From: an uncultured Bacillota bacterium
Lineage (GTDB): Bacteria > Bacillota > Clostridia > Christensenellales > UBA1242
Direction of reading: 5' to 3'
Length of the DNA: 64,000 nt
Assembly (NCBI GenBank): GCA_900544595.1
Contig: UQVQ01000003.1
Location: 10,042 to 74,041, forward strand
A program made the translations under genes and the position numbers. Positions 27,853 through 36,214 of the stretch are shown piece after piece. A model generated the notes under the pieces. It had not been told where the DNA came from and did not search any database. It worked only from the letters and a program-made list of their open reading frames with translations. Numbering within the stretch: the stretch's first letter is position 1; every line of letters begins with the position of its first letter.

Positions 27853-29475
27853 ATGAACAAAACAGCTAAATCACTTATTAAAACAACTTTTGGTCTTGCA
27901 TTAACTTTAGCAAGCCTTGCTGGCATAAAAGAATTTAAAAATGCGCAAAAAAGTTCAAAGCAAATGGTTGAAGACGCATTCGTTGGAACAGCAAAACCAA
28001 GCATGGTTCAAGTTCAAACAGTTGTTTCTGAAATTCCAACATATATGACAAATAATGAAGGAACTCAATTTACAATTGTTAACAACGCAGAAACACAAGC
28101 AACCGACGAAGCTGTTGCTGCGGCAGAATCGCAAGATGACGAGGCAGAATCGCAAGATGACGAGGCAAGTTTTAACAATAACAACGATTCAACTTCAAAA
28201 CGTGGAAGCGCTGCCGACAGGTTTACCGAAAGCGCGTTGGATAAAGTTGGAGCAGAAAGCGAAAGCGACCTTGAAAAAGACGGATTTGTTCCATCAGATG
28301 AAACACAAAAAATTCTCGACGAAATTGAAAAAGGCGATTCAAATCCTTCAATCAATCCAATTGAAGACCCAAATCATGGAACAAATTTCGATGAAATTGA
28401 AAACCTTGAACCTAAACAAGACTCGTCAGAAGCTGGAATTTCAAATCAAGCAGTTGCATATGCAATAACAGCCGGTCTTGCTGCAGGTGCTGTTGGCGCT
28501 GCCGCAGCAATTGCACTCTTCCTTAAAAGAAAACTTAATGCTTCAAGCGTTAGAAAACAAGGAACTCGTTTAATTCAAGACCAAAAAAACATTAAATCTG
28601 CTGAAAAACTTACAGAATATGATGCAAAAATTGCAAAGAAAGAAGAAAAAGGCAAAACAGTTTCAACTCGTCTTCAAGACAAACGCGAAACAACCGCTTT
28701 GAAAGTTACAGCAAAATCTCAAACAACTCAAAACGAAAAATTCGATTCAAAACGTCTTAAAACCTATGCAACTCTTGCAAAATGGAGAAACTATGGCAGA
28801 TATAGAAACGACGAATTAACAAAAACTGAATATAAAGAATTGAACAACGGGTTAATTGCATATTCAAAATATCTTGAAAGCAACTCCCCTAGTTCAAAGG
28901 AATCTAGAAAACTTTTAGAAACTGCAATAGCAAGCTTTAACAAGGCAGCTCCAGGAATTCAAAAAGATGCATACTTTGGGGATTGGGCTTTCTCAACAAA
29001 TTCCCAAGAACTTAACGGAAAAGTTGAACTCTCTCAAATTCCAGTTTTCCCATTCAGATATGTTCAAAACCAAGGATTAGGACTTTCCGAAGTTCAAAAA
29101 ACTGACTTGGAAAACTTCTTCAACGATGTTTTTGCAGAAAAAGCAAATAATGAGCCAGTTGTAACCTACGGAACCATTTCCTACTACACAAACGAGGAAC
29201 AAGCTCCAGTTCAAATGAAATATGCTTTTGATAACAGAGAAGCAGCAAAACTTCTTAAATCAAAGCTTATAACTCTTATCCCTCAAGAAGCAAAGAAAGT
29301 TGTTATCGACGAAGTTAACAAGGGCGGAAAGAGAATTAAGGAAGAACTTAACACCGATGCAAACATTGCAAAAGCAAGAGTTCTTTCCGAAAAAGAAGTT
29401 TCAAAATTCTATAAAACTTATGCTCAAAGCGAACCTAAACAAAAATCAAACGACATTGGTCAAGGAATGGAATAG
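27853..29475 (+). CDS. Hypothetical bitopic or two-TM membrane protein with an acidic repeat ectodomain and an unknown roughly 310-aa C-terminal domain
   Basis: N-terminal signal or TM segment TTFGLALTLASLAG, an acidic region with the duplicated AESQDDE, a second TM AVAYAITAGLAAGAVGAAAAIALFL followed by KRK. RBS AAGGGG. No family recognised. Confidence 0.6.
   Translation: MNKTAKSLIKTTFGLALTLASLAGIKEFKNAQKSSKQMVEDAFVGTAKPSMVQVQTVVSEIPTYMTNNEGTQFTIVNNAETQATDEAVAAAESQDDEAESQDDEASFNNNNDSTSKRGSAADRFTESALDKVGAESESDLEKDGFVPSDETQKILDEIEKGDSNPSINPIEDPNHGTNFDEIENLEPKQDSSEAGISNQAVAYAITAGLAAGAVGAAAAIALFLKRKLNASSVRKQGTRLIQDQKNIKSAEKLTEYDAKIAKKEEKGKTVSTRLQDKRETTALKVTAKSQTTQNEKFDSKRLKTYATLAKWRNYGRYRNDELTKTEYKELNNGLIAYSKYLESNSPSSKESRKLLETAIASFNKAAPGIQKDAYFGDWAFSTNSQELNGKVELSQIPVFPFRYVQNQGLGLSEVQKTDLENFFNDVFAEKANNEPVVTYGTISYYTNEEQAPVQMKYAFDNREAAKLLKSKLITLIPQEAKKVVIDEVNKGGKRIKEELNTDANIAKARVLSEKEVSKFYKTYAQSEPKQKSNDIGQGME
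28123..28164 (+). repeat. Perfect 21-bp tandem duplication inside the CDS (AESQDDE x2)
   Basis: gcagaatcgcaagatgacgag occurs twice in tandem. Confidence 0.9.
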
Positions 29476-29486
29476 GAACTTAACTG

Positions 29487-29515
29487 AAACCAGCATATAT
29501 TTGCTGGTTTTTTAT
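29487..29515 (+). terminator. Intrinsic terminator
   Basis: AAACCAGCA-TATATT-TGCTGGTTT followed by a T-run. Confidence 0.8.
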
Positions 29516-29544
29516 TTGCAAAAAATAATAAAAAGTGTAACAAT
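29516..29544 (+). promoter_or_regulatory. Candidate promoter for a leaderless lgt transcript
   Basis: TTGCAA, 17 nt ending TGt, AACAAT, then 6 nt before the ATG at 29551. No SD. Confidence 0.4.
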
Positions 29545-29550
29545 ATTTGT

Positions 29551-30537
29551 ATGAAAAGCTTTTTAAATGTTAATCCAGGTTTTTATATCGGCAATCTTCA
29601 TGTTGCTTGGTATGGTGTTATTATGGCCTGCTCAATGGCTCTTGCAATTGTCCTTTGCTATTTCTTTGCAAAAAGGCGCCAAATTAAAAGTTCCGACCTT
29701 ATTTGTTGCGCGCTTTATGCCCTTCCTCTTGCAGTTATTGGCGCAAGAACATTCTATGTTGTTTTTAACCCAAATGGCGACACCTACACCTTTGTTGAAG
29801 CTCTTAAAATTTGGAACGGCGGGATGTCAATTTGGGGAGGAATTATTGGCGGTTTCCTTGGAGTTTGTTTATATTGCCTAATTCATAAAAAAGATTTGCT
29901 TTCAATTTGCGATGTTATCGCTCCGGGGCTTATAATTGCCCAAGCAACGGGAAGATGGGGAAATTTCATCAACAAAGAAGCGCACGGCTGGGAAGTTTTT
30001 AACCCAAAATATTTTGGACTTCCATTCACTGTTGAAATTGGCGGGCACTATTTTCTTGCAACATTTCTTTACGAAGCGGTTTTAAACACAATTGGGTTTG
30101 CGGTTTTAATAACCCTCCTATATAAATCTAAAAAACGTGGGCTTGTTCTTTCTTGCTATTTAATGTGGTATGGCGTTGTTCGCTCGGTTATTGAAATTTT
30201 CAGAACCGACCCAATGCTTATTGGCTCGATTAAATTTTCTCAACTTATGAGCATAATTTCTGCCTGCATTGGTCTTGTTCTTTTCGTTTACATTATGATT
30301 AGAGATGCAAGACTTAAAAAACGTGGAAGAAATCCAAACGAATATTTCCATTTGCGCGGCATTGAAAATAAGATGGAATATAAAGGAAACATTTTCTATG
30401 TTAACCTTTCAAACAAACGCGTTGGCGAGCTTGAAAGCGATGCAAAGAAAAGAATTGCAAGGAAAAAAGTTAATTCGGCAAAGGCAAATTCTTCTCAAAA
30501 CGATTCCAAGGCAAATAAGAAATCCTTAAAAAAATAA
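29551..30537 (+). CDS. lgt: Prolipoprotein diacylglyceryl transferase (with a basic C-terminal extension)
   Basis: HVAWYGVIMA, GRWGNFINKEAHG, multiple TM helices. Confidence 0.9.
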   Translation: MKSFLNVNPGFYIGNLHVAWYGVIMACSMALAIVLCYFFAKRRQIKSSDLICCALYALPLAVIGARTFYVVFNPNGDTYTFVEALKIWNGGMSIWGGIIGGFLGVCLYCLIHKKDLLSICDVIAPGLIIAQATGRWGNFINKEAHGWEVFNPKYFGLPFTVEIGGHYFLATFLYEAVLNTIGFAVLITLLYKSKKRGLVLSCYLMWYGVVRSVIEIFRTDPMLIGSIKFSQLMSIISACIGLVLFVYIMIRDARLKKRGRNPNEYFHLRGIENKMEYKGNIFYVNLSNKRVGELESDAKKRIARKKVNSAKANSSQNDSKANKKSLKK

Positions 30538-30556
30538 GTAAATGCTTTTTAAATAA

Positions 30557-30590
30557 TTGACATAACAAATTTTTTGTGTTAAATTATAAT
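30557..30590 (+). promoter_or_regulatory. Promoter of tRNA-Trp
   Basis: TTGACA, 17 nt with TGt, TAAATT. An alternative TATAAT lies at 30585-30590. Confidence 0.5.
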
Positions 30591-30603
30591 TCGTAAAAAG
30601 CAA

Positions 30604-30677
30604 AGGGATGTAGTTAAATGGTATAACTATGGTCTCCAAAACCATTGTCGTGGGTTCGATTCCTACCATCCCTGCCA
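30604..30677 (+). tRNA. tRNA-Trp (anticodon CCA), CCA end encoded
   Basis: AGGGATGTAGTTAAATGGTATAACTATGGTCTCCAAAACCATTGTCGTGGGTTCGATTCCTACCATCCCTGCCA. Anticodon loop CTCCAAA. Confidence 0.93.
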
Positions 30678-30711
30678 AAAAAATAAAAGCACCAAATTAC
30701 GGTGTTTTTTA

Positions 30712-30910
30712 TTTTTTCTAATATTTTTAAACTTTTTTTAATTTAATTTATTTGATTATATTTTTATTATTATTTATTTTATTATTTATTTGCTTATTTT
30801 ATTATTTATTTGCTTATTTATTTAATTATTTAATTAATTAATTAATTATTTATTTATTTTTAAAAAAAATTTTATTTAATTTTTTTATTTTAATTATTTT
30901 TTATTTTTTA
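30712..30910. repeat. About 200-bp almost pure A/T low-complexity tract (T-rich on the plus strand) with short tandem repeats
   Basis: ttattttattatttatttgc occurs twice in tandem, followed by (ttaa/taat)n and (tatt)n runs. Only a handful of G/C in about 200 bp. It lies in a convergent intergenic region. Confidence 0.85.
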
Positions 30911-31261
30911 CTAATTAAATCCCAAACTTATTAAAATTGCAACATTAACTTTTCTCATTTTTTGGCTATCTAATTCACAAACTTTTTCTTTTAGTCTACG
31001 TTTATCAATTGTCCTAATTTGTTCAAGAAGAACAACGCTGTCTTTTTGAAGCCCGTATTCGCTTGATGGAAGTTCAATATGTGTTGGAATTTTTGCTTTG
31101 GAAAGTTGGCTTGTTATTGCGGCAACAATAACGGTTGGACTAAACTTATTCCCCGTGTCATTTTGAATTATTAAAACAGGGCGAACTCCCCCTTGCTCAC
31201 TCCCAACAACGGGACTGAGGTCGGCAAAGTATATTTCTCCTCGTTTAATTTGTTTTTCCAA
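30911..31261 (-). CDS. mazF: MazF/PemK-family mRNA interferase toxin (EndoA-like)
   Basis: [59 protein letters not shown]...[16 protein letters not shown] is nearly collinear with B. subtilis EndoA as remembered. I prefer the TTG at 31261 (116 aa) after AAAAGGAAA; the track gives a longer TTG start at 31330. Confidence 0.9.
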   Translation of the reverse strand: MEKQIKRGEIYFADLSPVVGSEQGGVRPVLIIQNDTGNKFSPTVIVAAITSQLSKAKIPTHIELPSSEYGLQKDSVVLLEQIRTIDKRRLKEKVCELDSQKMRKVNVAILISLGFN

Positions 31262-31490
31262 TTCCAATTTCCTTTTCGTAGTTAAAGAAATCTTGGTTTG
31301 TTTTGTCAAATTCCTCGTTTTCTTTAACAACTCGTTTGTAAGCTTTGCAAAGATGACATTCCCTTAATTCATCTTTCATTTTCATAGTATGCAAATCTTC
31401 TCTATATTCGTTCAAAATTTCTTGTTCTGTTTTTTCATTTGCAAGTAATTCCTTGTTATACTTTTCCCAGTTAATTGCTTTTTTCTTCAT
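31245..31490 (-). CDS. Putative cognate antitoxin, non-canonical (81 aa, helical, no obvious RHH or AbrB fold)
   Basis: ATG after AAGGGGA. The stop overlaps the preferred mazF start by 17 nt. The C-terminus is acidic and aromatic ([18 protein letters not shown]), as expected for a toxin-binding tail. Confidence 0.55.
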   Translation of the reverse strand: MKKKAINWEKYNKELLANEKTEQEILNEYREDLHTMKMKDELRECHLCKAYKRVVKENEEFDKTNQDFFNYEKEIGIGKTN

Positions 31491-31539
31491 AATTATCCCC
31501 TTAAAATTAAATTTAAAACATATGTGAATTTATTGTGCG

Positions 31540-31569
31540 TAAAAAAAAATGGCATTATTCAAATGCCAC
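31540..31569 (-). terminator. Terminator after the alkaline phosphatase gene (bidirectional hairpin)
   Basis: TGGCAT-7 nt-ATGCCA flanked by A9 and T-rich runs. Confidence 0.7.
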
Positions 31570-31589
31570 ATTATTTTTTTAAATTTTAT

Positions 31590-32717
31590 TTATTTTGAAA
31601 TAAATGCTTTGCAAAGTTTAAATATGTCGGTGTTGTCAATTTTAGGTTTTAAAGCATTTAAATCAACATTTTTTGATGGTTTAAAATATATGAAATATGG
31701 AACATCTTTCGACGAGTGCCCCGTTCGCGTGTAGAGAGAATTACTTATTTGCTCTTTAGTTTGGTTATTAAATTGCAACCCGCCCGTTTCGTGGTCGGCA
31801 GTAACAATAATTGCAACTCCATTTTGCTCGATTAACTTATCGTGCGCAATTTTAATGCTTTGGTCAAAACTGTTTAAATATTCAACCATCTCAAAAATTT
31901 GGTTTGAATGGCTTTTCTTATCAATATGCGCCCCTTCAATCATCAAAAAATATCCATCTGGAAAATTTGTTTCAAAAAAATCAATCGCAAATTTCGTAAG
32001 CATTTCAAGGGTTGGCGCAAGGTTTGTTCCATCTTTTGAAACAACACTCTCAAATGAACCAAAAACTCTTCTTTGCGCAAAAGAAAAGTCGTTTAAATTA
32101 CTTGAATATGCAAATCCTTTGCCTTCAATTTCTCTTTGATGGTTATCATATGTGTTTTTGCCTGCGCCAAGGAAAAGGTCGATTTGGCTTGCGATTTGCC
32201 CTTTAATAATTTCGTCGCTATCTCCTCGCTTGTTTGCGTGCGACGAAAAGCAAGAAGGAGTTGCCCCGTCCAAACTGTCGGTTGTGACAATTCCAACCCC
32301 AATTCCTGTTTTTTTCGCAATTTCGCTTATCGTTTCAACATCAATTCCGTTATGTCTTGAAACTTCTTTATTGTCAAACTTTTGCCCCGTTGCAAGTGCA
32401 CTTGCTGCGGCAGCGCTGTCTGTTGGCGAAACAAGCGAGTTGGAAAAAGTTGAAACAAATCCCTTTTTCTCAAAACTTGTCATAAACATTTCTTTTTCAT
32501 AAAACGCGCTTGCAGCCTTAATGTGGTTTTCTCCCATTCCGTCGCCAATAAACAAAACAGTTTTGTTTGCCGAAGAAACAAGCGAAGAAAAATCCATCGT
32601 GTTTTGTTTGGATTTTCTTTGGATAAAAACTCCAAGAAATCCGCCCAAAATTGAAATTGCAAAAAGCATTAAAATTGAAAGAAGCGCAATAAGAATTTTG
32701 GTTTTCTTTTTAAGCAT
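31590..32717 (-). CDS. Alkaline phosphatase (PhoA/PhoB family), membrane-anchored or secreted
   Basis: FIGDGMG, TDSAAAASALATG (active-site Ser), TADHETGG. I chose the ATG at 32717 (MLKKKTKILIALLSIL) after GGAGGAA. Confidence 0.88.
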   Translation of the reverse strand: MLKKKTKILIALLSILMLFAISILGGFLGVFIQRKSKQNTMDFSSLVSSANKTVLFIGDGMGENHIKAASAFYEKEMFMTSFEKKGFVSTFSNSLVSPTDSAAAASALATGQKFDNKEVSRHNGIDVETISEIAKKTGIGVGIVTTDSLDGATPSCFSSHANKRGDSDEIIKGQIASQIDLFLGAGKNTYDNHQREIEGKGFAYSSNLNDFSFAQRRVFGSFESVVSKDGTNLAPTLEMLTKFAIDFFETNFPDGYFLMIEGAHIDKKSHSNQIFEMVEYLNSFDQSIKIAHDKLIEQNGVAIIVTADHETGGLQFNNQTKEQISNSLYTRTGHSSKDVPYFIYFKPSKNVDLNALKPKIDNTDIFKLCKAFISK

Positions 32718-32954
32718 ACATTCCTCCATAAAAAACATTTTACCTTCTCATTCAAAAATTTACAAATAAAATCAAATTATATGTTCAAAATTTATGCAAA
32801 ACTTCCATTAAGGGTTTAATAAAAACTAAATTGCAAAGAGGGTAATTATGCTAATTTTGTTACACAAAAATCTATATTATTTTGAATAAAATCATACCCA
32901 AAAAAATATTAAAAATTGTTAATTTTTAATCAATTTTAATTAAAAAAAATATTA

Positions 32955-32980
32955 AACAAAAAAAGGGCTAAACTGCCCTA
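32955..32980 (-). terminator. Terminator after tRNA-Leu
   Basis: AGGGC-AGTTTA-GCCCT followed by T7 on the minus strand. Confidence 0.7.
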
Positions 32981-32989
32981 TTTATCGAA

Positions 32990-33074
32990 TGGTGCGGACG
33001 CCGGGACTTGAACCCGGACAGATCGCTCCACAAGATCCTTAGTCTTGCGCGTCTACCATTTCCGCCACGACCGC
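32990..33074 (-). tRNA. tRNA-Leu (class II) with the unusual anticodon AAG, CCA encoded
   Basis: Reverse complement: GCGGTCGTGGCGGAAATGGTAGACGCGCAAGACTAAGGATCTTGTGGAGCGATCTGTCCGGGTTCAAGTCCCGGCGTCCGCACCA. Anticodon stem CAAGA/TCTTG, loop C-T-A-A-G-G-A, so positions 34-36 are AAG. There is a long variable arm and one U-U mismatch in the acceptor stem. Confidence 0.85.
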
Positions 33075-33103
33075 ATATTTTCTTGCTCATTCAAGCAAGA
33101 CAT

Positions 33104-33132
33104 AATATATCACAAAGTTGCTAGGCTGTCAA
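33104..33132 (-). promoter_or_regulatory. Promoter of tRNA-Leu
   Basis: On the minus strand: TTGACA, 17 nt ending TGa, TATATT. Confidence 0.65.
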
Positions 33133-33185
33133 CAATTTTTAGTCAATTTTGTTGATTTCATAATTTTGTTTTTCAATTTGCCTTT

Positions 33186-34382
33186 TTAATTCTTTTCCCT
33201 TAAAATATCTCCTGTTTTAAGAGGCAAATTTGTTTCAATCCAAAGTTTTTCTTGAACATTTTTTGCAACTTCAATTTCTTCGCCTTGTTCATTTGTCATC
33301 TTTGAAACAATAATTTTTTTGTTAAAAGTTTCATTTGGCGAAAGAACTTCCAATTCGTCGCCTTTTTCAAATCTGTTTCTCATTTCAACAAAAACTTTCC
33401 CGTCTTTTGCATCTTCCAAAACAACGGCAACAAATTCATGAGTTGCAACAGGCATTGAAGTCTCCAAATTTTGTTCTGGCTTTCCAAAATAGAAACCGGT
33501 TGCATAATTTCTGTGGCTCGATTTAAATGTTTCGTTATAGATTTCTTCCGAAACTTCTTCGCCGCGTTCAATTGCGTCAAGCGCGCGACGATAGGCATTT
33601 GTTATGTTTGCAACATAATATGAAGATTTCATTCTCCCTTCAATTTTAAAACTTGAAACGCCCGCCTCTTCAAGTTCTTTAAGGTGCTCAATCATATTTA
33701 AATCTTTTGAGTTAAGAATGTAGGTTCCGCGGTTGTCTTCTTGAATTTCATAACCTTCTCCCCCGCGGCTTTTTTCGCAAATTGTATATTCCCATCTGCA
33801 AGCTTGAACGCACGCTCCTCGATTTCCGTCACGCCCAGTTAAATAGTTTGAAAGCAAACATCTTCCAGAATAACTTATGCACATTGCTCCGTGAACAAAT
33901 GCTTCAAGTTCAACTTCTTTTGGAAGAAACTGGCGAATTTCTTTAATTTCATCAATTGAAAGTTCGCGCGCAAGAACAATTCGTTTTGCACCAAAATCTG
34001 CAAAAAACTTTGCATCAAACTTGTTTGTTACATTCGCCTGTGTGCTAACATGAATTTCAAGTTTTGGCGCGTATTGTTTTGCAAAAGAAATAATGCCAAT
34101 GTCGCTTGCGATTATTGCATCAATTCCAATTTCTTCAAGATATTTTAAATATTCTTCAAGACCGTTAAAATCGCTGTTATGAGCAACAATATTAACAGTC
34201 ACATAAATCTTTTTCCCTCTTTTATGAACAAAATTTGCAGCCTCTTTAAGTTCGTTTTCGTCGAAGTTCCCTGCAAAAGCGCGAAGCCCAAACTTTTTCC
34301 CAGAAACATAAACAGCATCGGCGCCAAAATATATTGCAGCCTTCAATTTTTCCATATTCCCTGCTGGCGAAAGAAGTTCCAT
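33186..34382 (-). CDS. Peptidase U32 family protein
   Basis: EAFVHGAMCISYSGRCLLSNYLTGRDGNRGACVQACRW (U32 signature region). Confidence 0.85.
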   Translation of the reverse strand: MELLSPAGNMEKLKAAIYFGADAVYVSGKKFGLRAFAGNFDENELKEAANFVHKRGKKIYVTVNIVAHNSDFNGLEEYLKYLEEIGIDAIIASDIGIISFAKQYAPKLEIHVSTQANVTNKFDAKFFADFGAKRIVLARELSIDEIKEIRQFLPKEVELEAFVHGAMCISYSGRCLLSNYLTGRDGNRGACVQACRWEYTICEKSRGGEGYEIQEDNRGTYILNSKDLNMIEHLKELEEAGVSSFKIEGRMKSSYYVANITNAYRRALDAIERGEEVSEEIYNETFKSSHRNYATGFYFGKPEQNLETSMPVATHEFVAVVLEDAKDGKVFVEMRNRFEKGDELEVLSPNETFNKKIIVSKMTNEQGEEIEVAKNVQEKLWIETNLPLKTGDILREKN

Positions 34383-34426
34383 TTTTTCTCCTGTTCTATT
34401 TTTTTTAATTATTTTTTAATTTTTTC

Positions 34427-36190
34427 TTATTTTTTTAATAAATTTTTCCAATTTTTAAGCATTTTTTCAACGCAATCAAATGCGTGGTTAAATGTTTCTT
34501 TTTTATTTAAATCAACCCCAGCGTCGAAAAGCAACTCAATTGGAGGTTTTGTGCTTCCGCTTTTTAAGAAATTAATATATCTTTCTGGGGTTTGCGGAAT
34601 TATTTTTTCAACCAAATAAACCGCGCTTATCATTCCAATTGCATATTTATATACATAGAAAGAGTTATAAAAATGCGGAATTCTTGACCATTCATATTTA
34701 ATTTCTGGAATTAACTTAACATTTTTCCCAAAATATTTTTTATTTAACTCATAATATTTTTCGTTTAAAATTTGCGCAGAAATTGGATTTCCTTTTTCAA
34801 AAGTTTCATGAGCAAATTGTTCAAATTCGCTAAACATTGTTTGACGGAAAACAGTTGATTTAAATTCGCTTAAAAAATAGTCGTAATAATATATTTTTTC
34901 ATCATTATTTTTCGAATTTTCAAGGAAATATTTCAAAAGCAACATTTCGTTAACCGTGCTTGCAACTTCGGCAACAAAAATTGTGTATGGCGCTTGGTCT
35001 GGATTTAAATTACTGTTTGAAAAATAGGAATGCATACTGTGGCCAAGTTCGTGGGCAAGAGTGAAAACGCTGTTTGAATCCCCAATGAAATTAGTAAGCA
35101 AAACTGGATTTTTCCCATATGCTCCCCAAGAAAACGCCCCGCTGTCCTTATTTTCGTTTGGATAGATGTCAATCCATCTTTCTTTAACTGCCTTTTCAAT
35201 TAAAGAGGTGTAGAAACTTCCAAGAGGTGCTGTTGCTTTTTTAATTATCTCAATTGCCTCGTCAAAAGTATATTTTTTCTTTATGCTTTTTTCTTTAACA
35301 TATTGGTCGTAAAGAGCAAACTCGCTTAACCCTTGGCTTTCGCGTTTAACATCAAAATATTCATAAAAAACAGATAAATTATTGTTAATTGAGTCAATTA
35401 ACGTATCATAAACCTTTCGGCTTGCCTCTTCCAAATAGATTGATTTATCTAAACAATTTTTATATTTCGATGCTTTTGCATAAAAAACATCGGCTTTTAT
35501 GTTTGAAATGTAGTTTGAAGCAAGAAAATTGTTAAATTTCCCATATTGCCCGTTAAACTTTTTAAGTGTGTTTTTTCGAAGAGTTCTGTCTTCGCTTTGC
35601 ATAAGAGCCATATAGGATGAATGGTTTAACTTATGCATCTTTCCGTTTGAGTCTTTAACAGAAGGAAATTTTAAATCTGCGTCGTCGAATAAATCGAAAT
35701 TATCGGAAAATCCGCCCGCCATATCCCCGCTCATGGAAAGGATTTTTTCTTCTTTTTCGGAAAGAATGTGTTTTTTGTTTCTTAAAATACTTTTGAAATA
35801 GTTTTTAAACTCGCTTTCTTTTTGCAATTTTTCCAAAAGCGAATTAGGATTTTTCTTAATTTCAACGCTAACAAAAGAAGTTTGAGTTGAAATTTGGCTA
35901 AGAAGCGAGCCAACTTGCGTTGCGCGTTCTTGATAGAACGAATTTGCTGCATCTTCGCGCGTTTTTAAAGTTGCGTAAACATAAAGAACTTCAAGGCGTT
36001 GGTCGAACGCTTCGCTTTTTCGAAGGCATTCTAGAATTGTTTTTTCATTGTTAAGTTTGCCTTTATATTCGTCGAGGAAATGAACTTGCGATTTTAAATC
36101 GTCAAATTCCTTTTTAAATTCGTCGTCATTTTTAAAGTATCCGCTTAAATCCCACTTAAATTTTTCTTCAATTTCGCTTCTTTTTTTCAT
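34427..36190 (-). CDS. pepF: Oligoendopeptidase F (M3B metallopeptidase)
   Basis: TLAHELGHSMH (HEXXH). At 587 aa the length is typical. Confidence 0.85.
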   Translation of the reverse strand: MKKRSEIEEKFKWDLSGYFKNDDEFKKEFDDLKSQVHFLDEYKGKLNNEKTILECLRKSEAFDQRLEVLYVYATLKTREDAANSFYQERATQVGSLLSQISTQTSFVSVEIKKNPNSLLEKLQKESEFKNYFKSILRNKKHILSEKEEKILSMSGDMAGGFSDNFDLFDDADLKFPSVKDSNGKMHKLNHSSYMALMQSEDRTLRKNTLKKFNGQYGKFNNFLASNYISNIKADVFYAKASKYKNCLDKSIYLEEASRKVYDTLIDSINNNLSVFYEYFDVKRESQGLSEFALYDQYVKEKSIKKKYTFDEAIEIIKKATAPLGSFYTSLIEKAVKERWIDIYPNENKDSGAFSWGAYGKNPVLLTNFIGDSNSVFTLAHELGHSMHSYFSNSNLNPDQAPYTIFVAEVASTVNEMLLLKYFLENSKNNDEKIYYYDYFLSEFKSTVFRQTMFSEFEQFAHETFEKGNPISAQILNEKYYELNKKYFGKNVKLIPEIKYEWSRIPHFYNSFYVYKYAIGMISAVYLVEKIIPQTPERYINFLKSGSTKPPIELLFDAGVDLNKKETFNHAFDCVEKMLKNWKNLLKK

Positions 36191-36214
36191 CTTTCCAACT
36201 CCTACATAACATTT

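Noticed and set aside
28123-28164. 21-bp tandem repeat considered as a regulatory or CRISPR-like repeat.
   Set aside because: It is in frame inside a CDS with only two copies, and simply duplicates the heptapeptide AESQDDE.
30712-30910. Repeats in the A/T tracts (also 50037-50204) considered as a CRISPR array or as an oriC/DUE.
   Set aside because: The repeat units are low-complexity A/T with no unique spacers of regular length. There are no DnaA-box-like TTATCCACA motifs and no dnaA or dnaN nearby.
31262-31330. Longer 139-aa form of MazF starting at the TTG at 31330.
   Set aside because: The extra 23 residues lie wholly inside the upstream partner ORF in another frame. MazF/EndoA proteins are about 116 aa and begin just before the KRG(D/E)(I/V)Y motif.
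33095-33130. dif-like sequence (CCTAG...GATATATTATGT) resembling the XerD half of the B. subtilis dif site.
   Set aside because: Only about 6 nt of the XerD arm match, and the left arm does not match. The sequence is fully explained as the TTGACA-17-TGaTATATT promoter of tRNA-Leu.
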